The notes below the pieces were generated by a model. That model ran no database searches and was not told the origin of the DNA. It worked only from the letters and a program-made list of their open reading frames with translations. Shown here one piece after another: positions 42,017 to 55,100 of a stretch of DNA of 64,000 nt; position 1 is the first letter of the stretch; each line of letters starts with the position of its first letter. A program made the position numbers and the translations under genes. Source of the stretch: Sphagnum compactum (Eukaryota); the NCBI GenBank assembly GCA_965153455.1, contig OZ234493.1:22868213-22932212 (forward strand). The letters run 5' to 3'.

Positions 42017-42339
42017 TTGGGAAGGATATTATGCCTACTCCTCAAGGATGAGAGGGATTCATGTTTTCTTCTTGGTGTAAGAACCCTCCCACTATTGAGA
42101 GTAGGCATAAGAACCCTCCCATTGTATGCCTTGTGTTTATGGAGGTTCGGTTCATGATACATTTTGCCTCATGTTTTACGATAGATAAAACCCATGGGTG
42201 AAGGACATTCCCAAAATGTGAGGGTGGATTTGGCTATTGTCTCGTCCTAGGCCCCTTGTTTTGTCAATGCCCCCACCCTAAGGCTTTATTGTACAGTAAA
42301 GGTCCAGTGACACTTGGAGGTGGACCTTCTTTTCTGTTT
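42017..42339 (+). repeat. ~325-bp direct repeat, copy 2
   Basis: Homologous to 39087-39412; ends exactly at the Copia 5' LTR. Confidence 0.85.
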
Positions 42340-45300
42340 TGTTAGAAATAAATGAAACTTTAACTCTTTGTCAATTGAATTTGTTAGATTAGATCTATAT
42401 CAGATTAGATTAAATGGAATCTAGTTAGCTAATACATTTATCCTAGATCAACGATATTTTTATCTTGGATTAAAGGTGCTTTAATGCCCCTAATTAGAGG
42501 TGTTCGGTTGCACCAATTTGTACATATCCTTCCTTGTTTCCTGAACTTTTCACTTTTGCATCATCAATAATACCATGTTTATCATGGTATCAGAACATGT
42601 TCGTATCTTTAGGCTTGAATATTGACACCAATCATTATTTAGTCTACAAGAGTCAAGCATGGCTATGGATGCAAACATTTTCTACTTTCTAGTTGGTAAT
42701 GGAAGATGACCAAGATGAAGTGAACAGTGGGCAACATATAGGTCATATAACTAGCGGTGGTCAGACCACAAGTAATGTTTATGGTGCACTTGGCACCACC
42801 ACAACTGTTGTTGATAGAGAAATTTTAAGGTATATTACTAAACGCAGTAAAATTTTAGATTAATTTTTTCCGAATTGTAGCAGGTTAGAAAGATAGTCAA
42901 ATTATCAAGTATGGTCATTCAAAATGACTCGAATACTATAAAGGCATAGAATCTAGAAGTATTGTGTCAATCTTGTGTCACAAAATCAAGTCATAGAAAC
43001 TGAAATTGAAGGCAAGAAGCTTGCCTTGGACACCAATTCAAAATTTGTCTAAGATTTGTTGATCCCTAATCATCTGGCACTACGCCAATTTGTATGAGTG
43101 TTGGCAACATCTCAAGGGACAATACGAACTGAACACCAGTTCACGACAGCTCATGTTGTTGCAGAGATTAATAACATCTCAAAAGAAAGAAACTACAACC
43201 ATGGAAAACTACTTGAAGGATGTCAAAAGCACAATCAACTAGTTGGAAGTTATATCAATTATTATCCTTGAGGATCTTCTTTCCTTGATATTGCCTCATT
43301 CCTTGCTAAAGGAATATCAACTATTCATGAAACTGCTTATCAAAAATGATCTTCTTCCACCATTTACAGATCTTGAATTCAAACTCTAGATGAAACTATG
43401 CAAATCAAGATGGACTTGGAAAAGGAGACAATGGGTGAAATGTTTGTGAAAAAGGGAGTGCCAAACGACAAAAATAATTCATCACATTTCTTAGGAAGAA
43501 AAAAGCCGATGGATTGAAACCAAACTCAGTCCCATAAGAAAAAAAAGCAGATTTACCATCAACAAAGGTCAGTCCACCAAAGGAAAACCCTCATCTAATG
43601 ACACGTGCTTCTTTTGTAAAAAGCATGGACATTGGAAAAACGCTATGAACTGAAGTGGACCATTGAGCAAATGTGGAGTTTCAAAGTATTCAAAAAAATC
43701 AACTAAAATAGGAAATCTAAAGGGCTTTAAGACTTGAAGCAAAAAGTCTTATGAATGTTCAAATATGTAATGTTGAACAATCACAAGAGGGCAACTGAAC
43801 CTTACTCTAGCATAGAAGGCTTGGACATATAAATTTTCAGTCATTTCATGAGTTAGCAAAATCAGGTATAGTCTTAGGACTACCTTGTTTTCCTCATGTC
43901 AACTTCACATGTGAGATCTATCAACTTGGGAAACAAGCTTGTAAGAAATTTCCAAGAAGCACATCCACACCAATGAAACTTCTAACTAGTGCATAACAAT
44001 GTTTGTGATCCCTTTAAACACCCAGCTCGTAATGGCGCACACTATTTGTCACATTTCTTGATGACTACAAACACATTTTAGTGGCTCTTATCAAAAGATT
44101 CAAAAGAATGGCTGAAACAATCATAAATCAAAAGCTAGAAATACTTCGATTCAACCATGGTGGAGAATATTCCTCTATGGAATTTCAATAATACTACATA
44201 AACAATAATATTATTCACGAAGGTTGTAGTGATATACTCTTTAGAATAACGGCACAGCTAAGCGTGTCAACATATCCATCTATGAAACAACGAAATGTTT
44301 TTTTCATTAAAGCCACATGCTTACCAAAGTCACTCAAGAATTTGATTCATGAACAAGCATTCACTTGGAGAAAACAAGATGTTTTTCATCTTCACACATT
44401 CGACACTTGAGTGTATGTTCAAATATTAGCCCATCAACACAACGAAATGAATCCAAAAGCCTCAAAATGTATTCTTTTGGGCTAGGACGAATACACCAAA
44501 GGCTACCATTACTATTGTCCATCCACTATCATCATCTTTCGAGACGTCAAGATTGATGAATTTGAGATTTTTCTTTCAAATATGATAGCTAGAGAAAGTT
44601 TTTCCAATTTTGACTTGCAACAGTGGACTGTCAAATCAAAACCGATCATCGAAATTACTACATCTCACCAAGTAACTTCTGATCCCTCTTTTACTAACAT
44701 TGCATAAAACAAATTTCTCACTAGTCCTAATCTCACACCTCTAAAAAATGCATCTCATACTAGATCATCAAAACTAGTACATTCTGAAATTTCATCCACA
44801 CCTATTTTTTCGCTTGCAAAAACTAACAACTTAACTAGACCATTGAGGGTATTGACCTGTCAAATTGAGCAACCTACATCTCAAGATGGAGTGAAAGATG
44901 TACTGCATCATTCAACATGGTTTAAACGTCCCTTTATATAGTTAGATCAATTTTTTGCGAACCTTGAAAAACACCTCATTTACCAAAAAGTTGAATCTGA
45001 TATTAATTAGCGAGTTACGATGGATGATGAAATGAACAACATCAACAAAATGAAACTTGAACTTTTGTTTTTCTGCCACTGAGAAAAAAACAATCACATG
45101 CAAATGGATTTACAAAATGAAACTTGAAATCAATGGTGGTCTAAATCAATTTAAGGCAAGACTCGTGGCTTAGGGGTGCTAACAAAAACAAGGAGTTGAT
45201 TACTCTGAAACTTATGCTCTAATGGCAAAATGACATGCCATCAAAGCCATGACTGCACTTGCTAAAGCCAAGGGATGGAAAGTGCACCATCTTGATGTCA

Positions 45301-45445
45301 AAACAACATTTTTAAACGGTCGTTTGTAGGAAGAGGTTTTCATGCAACAACCACAAGGTTACGAACAATCAGGTTTCACTAATCTTGTGTGCAAACGTAA
45401 CCATGCATTGTATGGTCTTAAACAAGCTCCTTTTGAATGGCTACA
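42340..45445 (+). mobile_element. Ty1/Copia LTR retrotransposon, degenerate and 3'-truncated
   Basis: 5' LTR TG...CA at 42340-42584 and tRNA-iMet-type PBS TGGTATCAGAAC at 42585. Gag knuckle CFFCKKHGHW; HRRLGHINF; integrase LRFNHGGEY; RT CKWIYK, FKARLVA, QKQGVDYSETYA, HLDVKTTFLNG, ALYGLKQAP. No RNase H or 3' LTR found. Confidence 0.9.
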
Positions 45446-46990
45446 AATTATGTTTCAATGGGGATTAGCAACATTAGGTTGGTTTCATTACAATGAAATT
45501 TCATTAATGGCACATGGTGTTGTCGTATGAAAGAAACAATAACTTTTGTCTTTTTCACAATTCGTTTCACCCATGTTGTTTTTCACTAATCTTTCAATAA
45601 TAAGCCTAGACAATGAACAACACAATTTTGAAAATAAAGACTTGGAAAACAATGGATTAAAAGGTTAGTCACATTTTTCATGCTCGAAGCATTGTTTATA
45701 TAAATTTATACAATGTTGTTTACTCCAATGGTTTTGATGTACCACACCAATGTATTACATATGTTATGGGCATCTTTTCGTTCCAGTTGTGTCAATGGAA
45801 CCTATGAATACATCGCCACTTGGACAAGCAAACATTAGGTTCAACAACGGACACTATGCAATGTTGTCCCAACCATCATATGACACACCTCCAAACTCCT
45901 TGAAAGACTCAACTACGAATCCAAAAGTGAAAATAACGAAAGAATAAAGAGTTAAGGGTATGCTCCCTAACTCGCAACATTTCAAGAGTAAGAAGGGCGT
46001 GCTGGATCTCTGAAATGAAAATTATGACAAGTGACAAGCGGGTCAATTATCATAAGAACTTGCACAAACCAAACAACAAGTTCGTTTGTGCATAATTAGA
46101 GCATTTTTGGTGCATGGATGAACCACAAGCATACATAGATTCACAATACTTACCACGGCCTAGATTTGAGGAAAACACCACCTTCCCCCTTATATTATTC
46201 TTTGGGACTTGCCATGAAGGCTTCACCCAAATGTCATTTTTCCCATGACTCCCAAGTCGAAAGTCTCAAAATTTTCAAAATTGGGATTTTTGCCACTTTG
46301 GAAGCCCATAACTTGTTTAGACCTCCGATTGAAGTGAGGTTTAAAGTAAAGTTATAGCCTTTGTTGAAAGCTTTCTAATGATGTTTGGCACGCCCCCTAC
46401 ACACACCTAAATTGGGGTGATTTTTTACTTTTAATGGTCGAAATCAAATTGACACATTGACTCCCAACCTTTCTTTCGGCCATAACCAAATGGATTATGC
46501 AAACCCATTTTAGACATCTAAGTTTCAAGAGGTTTTCAATGGTATAAATTTTGAATCCAATGAATTTTGACACCAACTCGTTCTCTAAAGATTTGGAACT
46601 CCATAAGGATTCCAACTCCCAAAATGGGAGTCCACTTGGGAGTGTGTGGGTTCATTCTCTCACACTCTCTTACACTTTGGGAGTGTAAATGTGACTCCCA
46701 AATTGCACTATTGGCCCACACATTTCCATGCCCTTGCCTTGGTCGTGAACCCAAGGTTAAGGTTGTGACATCATAACAAATGATTGCTCCATATTTGTGA
46801 ATTGAATTTCCCATACTCTCGGTCGCCTGTTTGGACATCAAATGCCATGAAGAAGGTTCACGAATTTCATCAATGATATCCAAACAAGCTCAAGTTCATT
46901 CCTTGTGGAACTTGTCACTAGAAATAGAAGTGATGCCATAGATGCCAATGCCATGAAGTTCATCCATATGAATGTTCATCCATGACTTGT
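45446..46990 (-). mobile_element. hAT (DUF659-type) transposase remnant split by a solo LTR
   Basis: KYGAIICY|DGWDNIA.CPLLNLMFACPSGDVFIGSIDTTG...IGVNNIV...NCVVHCLGLLLKD rejoins across the LTR. Boundaries approximate. Confidence 0.75.
45881..46770. mobile_element. Solo LTR (TG...CA) with 5-bp TSD TCATA
   Basis: Begins TGACACACCTCC, ends GGTTGTGACA; TCATA lies on both sides. Same family as 15934-16849. Confidence 0.9.
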
Positions 46991-49114
46991 AATGAAATTA
47001 CACCCAACTTTTAATTTAGTTTTAGTGTACTTTCAATTAACTTTTATTAAATTTCAATTCACTACTAATTATTTTTAAATTAATTCTTAGTTCATTTTTA
47101 GTTAACTCTTACCTCATTTTTAGTTAATTCTTAGTTAACTCTCAATTCACTTTTAGTTGAGTTTTAATTCATTCATAATTCACACATGGGTGATCATGGG
47201 TGCACATGGGTCAACATGGGCCACATGTAGGTTGGAAGTTTTTTGAAAACAATCTTTGAACTAGATGCCGAATGGGTATAAATAGAGGTAGAATTCCCCA
47301 TTACCTTTAATCTATTCAACAATAATTTTGGGTACATTTTCTTGTCACAACATTTTATTTTTTGTTATTGCAATAAATTTTTATTGATACCTTATCTTGC
47401 ACATGTGTTTTTGTTTCTTGATTTGGAACTTAAAATTAAGCCGACCTTTGTTCAAGTCCTTGGGAAATCTTATTGTATTGGTTGTCTTTGTGCCCATGAC
47501 ACCAATGGATGTACAATTAACTCTGCAAATTGAAACACCCCAAAAATGAATATCTTGGAATCCATCCAATTAGTCAATAGACATACATTTAAACATATGC
47601 AAGCTACATATATAATGTAAACAAAAAACTATCAAAAATTTGACAAATTTCAACATTTGTTCAAGTTTGATGCATGATGGTGGACATTTGGAACATTTTT
47701 TTAATGAAACGGTCATTCACAATTTGGGTTCCAAAGAAAGGAATAAAGAGTCCAACATTTTCTTAGGGCTATTTTTTTAAATGACATTTAAATGAAACAA
47801 ATTAAAATGAAAAAATTTGAATATTCCAACATAAGATAATTCATGCGGTGCTAGTGATTTTTTGCATGATTAAGCATCAATATTTTGGTTTTCAAGTAAA
47901 AATGTATAAATCATCAAAATGAACTTCTATGGACAACCAAACATGTTTTTTTGCATGATTATTTCATACACATACAACATGTGCTTAGAGCTAGAAATTT
48001 GAATTTCATGAATACAAACAACTAGGAAATTTGTATAATCTTTTTTGACCCTTGCAACCATTTGGTTCAAAATTTCAAGCCTTTAAAATTTTGATATGAT
48101 TTTTTTTTCATTAAGTTTACCCAATGAACATGTACGTGTTTATGAAAAACATGTTTTTCTTGTACAAAAAGCTCAAAATCAATTTGTATGATTTTATACA
48201 TTCCTTTTTATTATTAAAAATGAATTTTTTAAATGATATATTAATTTAAAGATCTCAAAAAGACATTTACATAATATCCAAACTATTTAAAAATATTTTT
48301 ATTAATCCAATAAGACATCAATTTATCTATTATGATACAAAATCCAATGTAATTGTTATCATTTAAATAAAATATAAATCCAAAGTTGGACTTGAAAGTC
48401 TTTTAAAAGTTAAACATTGTTTTTTGGAACCCTAATTGGGAATGAACCCTGAAAAGTTGCAACAAATGATGGTTTATATTCAAACCTATCATTATATATG
48501 TTGTGGAATTGGTGCACATATTAATGATTGAATTGTTTGACGAAATATTATTTTGATTTGTAAGGTTTCTAAGCATCATTATAATCATAATAAAAAGATT
48601 ACAAAATACTAATTTTAATGAAAATTTGTCCTTGAAATTTTACACATATAAAAAAAGCAACCATAAGGAACAATCTTTGTCATTAAAACTTTCAAATGTT
48701 TTTGAAGTCATGGAGTTCACATCATGTGATTTTAAAATTTTATTCATTTATACATTGTGTTACGATAATGTTGATGATAATGAACTTTTTAGGTTATAAA
48801 ATGTTATTCTTTTAAAAATGTGCTTGGGCTAAATGTATTTTTAATCATTTGACAACAATAACTTAAATTTATAAAATAAATCTAAAAATTAAAAATTATT
48901 TTCAAATAAAGGTTTTAAGAAAAATTTATATAATTATTGGTGGTACGTTACAATATAGAGGCACAAATACAAATAAATTGAATATTCATAATTTTTTATA
49001 AAATATTTTAATTTTGAGACCCAAATCAATTCTATACAATTTGTAAAATAATTCAAAATTATTAAAATATTACATGTTATTCCTCTCAACATTATACATA
49101 ATTCTAATTACGCT

Positions 49115-52100
49115 TTAAAAATGAAGCTTTTGGAGTGGATTCAATTGGCCAAGAGATGTAGGTAATTCTTGCAACCTCGAACACCTTCCCAAATCAAGCT
49201 TTTGGAGTGCATTCAATTGGCCAATGGATGTAGGTAATTATTGTAAATTATAACACCTTGATAAATTAAACTCTTGTAATGCAATCAATTCACCAATAGA
49301 TGTAGGTAATTCTTGCAAACTCGAACAATCATTCAAATGAAGGTTTTGGAGTGCATGTAATTGGCCAATAGATGTAGGTAATTTTTGCAATCTTGAACAC
49401 CCCCCCAAATTAAGCTTTTGGAGTGTACACAATTGTCCAATAGATGTACGTAATTCTTGCAAGCTAGAACACCCCCTCAAATGAAGCTTTTGAAGTGCAT
49501 TCAATTGGCCAATAGATGCAGGCAAGTTTTGCAAACTAGAACAATCGTTCAAATGAAGGTGTTGGAGTGCATTCGATTGGCCAATAGATATAGATAATTC
49601 TTGCAACCTCGAACACCCCCTCAAATGAAGGTTTTGAAGTGCATTCAATTGGCCAATAGATGCAGGCAAGTTTTGCAAGCTAGAACAATTGTTCAAATGA
49701 AGGTGTTGGAGTGCATTCGATTGGCCAATAGATATAGATAATTCTTGCAACCTCGAACACCCCCTCAAATGAAGGTTTTGGAGTTCATTCAATCGGCCAA
49801 TAGATGTGGGCAATTCTTGCAAGCTAGAACAATGGTTCAAATCAAACTTTTTAAGTGCATTCAATTGGCCAATAGATGTGGGCAATTCTTGCAAGCTAGA
49901 ACAATGGTTCAAATCAAGCTTTTGAAGTGCATTCAATTGGCCAATAGATGTGGGCAATTCTTGCAAGTTGGAACAATGGTTCAAATCAAGCTTTTGAAGT
50001 GCATGCAATTAGCCAATAGATGTAGGTAATTCTTGCAAGCTAGAACAATGGTTCAAATCAAGCTTTTGAAGTGCATTCAATTGGCCAATAGATGTGGGCA
50101 ATTCTTGCAAGCTAGAACAATGGTTCAAATCAAGCTTTTGAAGTGCATTCAATTGGCCAATAGATGTAGGTAATTCTTGCAAGCTTCAACATCCCCTCAA
50201 ATCAAGGTTTTGGAGAGCATTCAATTGGCCACTAGATGTAGGTAATTCTTGCAAGCTAAAACACTCGTTCAAATCAAGGTTTTGGAGTGCATTCAATTGA
50301 CCAATAGATGTAGGTAATTCTTGCAAGTTGGAACACCCACACAAATCAAGGTTTTGGAGTGCATTCAATTGGCCAATAGATGTGGGCAATTCTTGCAAGC
50401 TAGAACAATGGTTCAAATCAAGCTTTTGAAGTGCATTCAATTGGCCAATAGATGTAGGTAATTCTTGCAAGTTGGAACACCCCCCCAAATCAAGGTTTTG
50501 GAGTGCATTCAATTGGCCAATAGATGTGGGCAATTCTTGCAAGCTAGAACAATGGTTCAAATCAAGCTTTTGAAGTGCATTCAATTGGCCAATAGATGTA
50601 GGTAATTCTTGCAAGTTGGAACACCCCCCCAAATCAAGGTTTTGGAGTGCATTCAATTGGCCAATAGATGTAGGTAATTTTTGCAACCTTCAACACCCCG
50701 CCAAATCAAGGTTTTGGAGTGCATTCAATTGGCCAATAGATGTAGGTAATTCTTGCAAGCTACAACACCCCCTCAAATCAAGGTTTTGGAATGCATTCAG
50801 TTGGCCAATAGATGTAGGTAATTCTTGCAAGCTAGAACACTCGTTCAAATCAAGGTTTTGGAGTGCATTCAATTGGCCAATAGATGTAGGTAATTCTTGC
50901 AAGTTGGAACACCCGCACAAATGAAGGTTTTGGAGTGCATTCAATTGGCCAATAGATGTAGGTAATTCTTGCAAGCTACAACACTCGTTCAAATCAAGTT
51001 TTTGGAGTGCATGCAATTGGCCAATAGATGTAGGTAATTTTTGCAACCTCCAACACCTCGCCAAATCAAGGTTTTGGAGTGCATTCAATTGGCCAATAGA
51101 TGTAGGTAATTCTTGTAAGCTTGAGCACCATGATAAATTAAGTTCTTGGAGTGCATTCAATTGGCCAATAGATGTAGGTAATTCTTGCAAGCTAGAACAC
51201 TCGTTCAAATCAAGTTTTTGGAGTGCATGCAATTGGCCAATAGATGTAGGTAATTTTTGCAACCTCCAACACCTCGCCAAATCAAGGTTTTGGAGTGCAT
51301 TTAATTGGCCAATAGATGTAGGTAATTCTTGCAAGTTGGAACACCCACACAAATCAAGGTTTTGGAGTGCATTCAATTGGCCAATAGATGTAGGTAATTC
51401 TTGCAAGTTGGAACACCCACACAAATCAAGGTTTTGGAGTGCATTCAATTGGCCAATAGATGTAGGTAATTCTTGCAAGTTGGAACACCCACACAAATCA
51501 AGGTTTTAGAGTGCATTCAATTGGCCAATAGATGTAGGTAATTCTTGCAAGTTGGAACACCCACACAAATCAAGCTTTTGGAGTGCATTCAATTGGCCAA
51601 TAGATGTAGGTAATTCTTGTAAGCTTGAGCACCATGATAAATTAAGTTCTTGGAGTGCATTAAATTGGCCAATAGATGTAGGTAATTCTTGCAAGCTAGA
51701 ACACTCGTTCAAATCAAGTTTTTGGAGTGCATGCAATTGGCCAATAGATGTAGGTAATTTTTGCAACCTCGAACACCTCGCCAAATCAAGGTTTTGGAGT
51801 GCATTCAATTGGCCAATAGATGTAGGTAATTCTTGCAAGTTGGAACACCCACACAAATCAAGGTTTTGGAGAGCATTCAATTGGCCAATAGATGTAGGTA
51901 ATTCTTGCAACCTCCAACACCCCGCCAAATCAAGGTTTTGGAGTGCATTCAATTGGCCAATAGATGTAGGTAATTCTTGCAACCTCCAACACCCCGCCAA
52001 ATCAAGGTTTTGGAGTGCATTCAATTGGCCAATAGATGTAGGTAATTCTTGCAAGCTAGAACACTCGTTCAAATCAAGTTTTTGGAGTGCATGCAATTGG

Positions 52101-55100
52101 CCAATAGATGTAGGTAATTTTTGCAACCTCGAACACCTCGCCAAATCAAGGTTTTGGAGTGCATTCAGTTGGCCAATAGATGTAGGTAATTCTTGCAAGC
52201 TACAACACCCCCTCAAATCAAGGTTTTGGAGAGCATTCAATTGGCCAATAGATGTAGGTAATTCTTGCAACCTCCAACACCCCGCCAAATCAAGGTTTTG
52301 GAGTGCATTCAATTGGCCAATAGATGTAGGTAATTCTTGCAAGCTACAACACCCCCTCAAATCAAGGTTTTGGAGTGCATTCAGTTGGCCAATAGATGTA
52401 GGTAATTCTTGTAAGCTAGAACACTCGTTCAAATCAAGGTTTTGGAGTGCATTCAATTGGCCAATAGATGTAGGTAATTCTTGCAAGCTACAACACCCCC
52501 TCAAATCAAGGTTTTGGAGTGCATTCAGTTGGCCAATAGATGTAGGTAATTCTTGTAAGCTAGAACACTCGTTCAAATCAAGGTTTTGGAGTGCATTCAA
52601 TTGGCCAATAGATGTAGGTAATTCTTGCAAGCTACAACACCCCCTCAAATCAAGGTTTTGGAGTGCATTCAGTTGGCCAATAGATGTAGGTAATTCTTGC
52701 AAGCTAGAACACTCGTTCAAATCAAGGTTTTGGAGTGCATTCAATTGGCCAATAGATGTAGGTAATTCTTGCAAGTTGGAACACCCCCACAAATGAAGGT
52801 TTTGGAGTGCATTCAATTGGCCAATAGATGTAGGTAATTCTTGCAAGCTAGAACACTCGTTCAAATCAAGTTTTTGGAGTGCATGCAATTGGCCAATAGA
52901 TGTAGGTAATTTTTGCAACCTCGAACACCTCGCCAAATCAAGGTTTTGGAGTGCATTTAATTGGCCAATAGATGTAGGTAATTCTTGTAAGCTTGAGCAC
53001 CATGATAAATTAAGTTCTTGGAGTGCATTCAATTGGCCAATAGATGTAGGTAATTCTTGCAAGCTAGAACACTCGTTCAAATCAAGTTTTTGGAGTGCAT
53101 GCAATTGGCCAATAGATGGAGGTAATTTTTGCAACCTCGAACACCCCCTCAAATCAAGGTTTTGGAGTGCATTCAATTGGCCAATAGATGTAGGTAATTC
53201 TTGTAATCTTGAGCACCATGATAAATTAAGTTCTTGGAGTGCATTCAATTGGCCAATCGATGTAGGTAATTCTTGTAAACTTAAACACCATGATAAATCA
53301 AGGTTTTGGAGTGCATTCAATTGGCCAATCGATGTAGGTAATTCTTGTAAACTTGAACACCACGATAAATTAAGCTCTTGAAGTGCATTCAATTGTCCAA
53401 TGGATGTTGGTAATTCTTGTAAGCTTGAACACCCAGATAGATTAAGCTCTAGGAGGCTAATAGGTATAGGTAATTTTTTCATATCAACATTTATTGAGGA
53501 ATTAAGGTTGTTGAAGGAAAATTCAAAGACAGTTCGTAGATGATTACATTTTGTCAAATGGAGTACTTGTAAACGAGAACATTTAAACAAATTACTTGGC
53601 AACTTTTGGATCATGCATTCTTGGAGACATAACAATCGAAGGTCATTCAAATTTCGACTTTGGATGAAATTTTCCACCGTAGTTGGTGAGGCTTTTGTTA
53701 GGTCAAACAACCTAAAGTTGTGAAATTCTTTTGATCCATTTTGGAATAATGAGGGCAAATCCTCACATTTTTTCAAAGATATGCCTTCTAAATTTCCCAT
53801 CACCGGTACCTATCACATTCAACAAAGTACAAATAATTGTCAATATGAATAAACATAAAACTTCATTATGATGCCATGTTTTAAAGATATAAATATTACA
53901 TATTTTTTTAAATTTAAAATTCATGGTTTCATTTGGAATTTTGACAAAAAAATATAATGTAAGATTGAATTAACACATGTTGTTCAAACCTGATTATTTC
54001 GCAAATATATATTTGGTTTCCATATAAATCGATTCATTGTAACTTCCATTGCAATATTTCGACCCATGTCTTGTAATTGTTCATGCATGTACAAGCTTCC
54101 ATCTTTTGCCCATTTAATTAAAGATCTGTCTTTTAAATTTTGTAATCGAATCTTAGAGCTACGCGAATTATCTCCATTCCAATACACTCGACGGAGTGTA
54201 CATTTGTTGAAACCAACCAAAAAACAAGCAATATCCAAAAACATATTTTGATGGTCCTTATCCAAGTGGTCATAAGAAATTCGTAATGTTGTCCAAAGCA
54301 CTTCATTGTCAAAGCCCCCTGTTATACTTTGCCCATTTTTCAATGTGTGCAATGCATCTTCCCATACTTCCAAATTCGAACTATCACACAAATAAGAACC
54401 TAATACTTCAAGGCTTAAAGGGAGCCCCTCACAAGCTTTTATAATGTCCATAGAAATATTTTTGACATCATTTACCACATGACTTGCATGTTTGAATGCG
54501 TGGAACATGAAAAGTTCCCTTGATTGTTCTTCGTCCAAGAATGCCATGTCCATTTTTGCAGACTCCCTTACATGATATTTTACGATTTGCCAATTTCGAC
54601 AATTTACGAATATTTTGCTCTTGCAATTTACATTAGTGGCATCCTTGTCAATAAGAAGTTGAAGCAAGGCTCCAAGGTTCTCCGTCTTACCAACATCATC
54701 CACAACCACCAAAACTTTTTTTGATATCATGCATTGTTTGATTTGATCAAGGTCTTCTTTATTCAGGTCTTCATCCTTGTGTAACACTTTATCACACAAA
54801 TCATGTAGAAGTTGTTTTTTGACATTGTTGATGTCTTTTGATTTCACATCCTCCAAGAAGCTAGATTTGTCATATTGGTTGTGGAACAAATGATACATTT
54901 TTTTATTCAAGGTGGTTTTCCCAATCCCACCCATTCCAATTAATGCAACAATAGATTCTTTTTGGAACAGACAATTTATCGCATTTGCTTTATCTTTCAA
55001 TGCCACCTCATAACATGGCAAAGGTGGCATAGGTCGTGTGTTTTGTTTCTGTTAAAGTTCATAAACAAATAATTTGTTATTTTAGATAATGGATAATATT

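Noticed and set aside
51552-52796. 414-aa plus-strand ORF (also 50616-50924 and 49745-50029)
   Set aside because: Antisense shadow of the LRR repeat; a stop-free unit frame is simply repeated.
49118-53452. CRISPR-like alternation of constant and variable segments
   Set aside because: The period is exactly 24 codons, the variable parts are homologous to each other and encode LRR strands, the context is eukaryotic and there are no cas genes.
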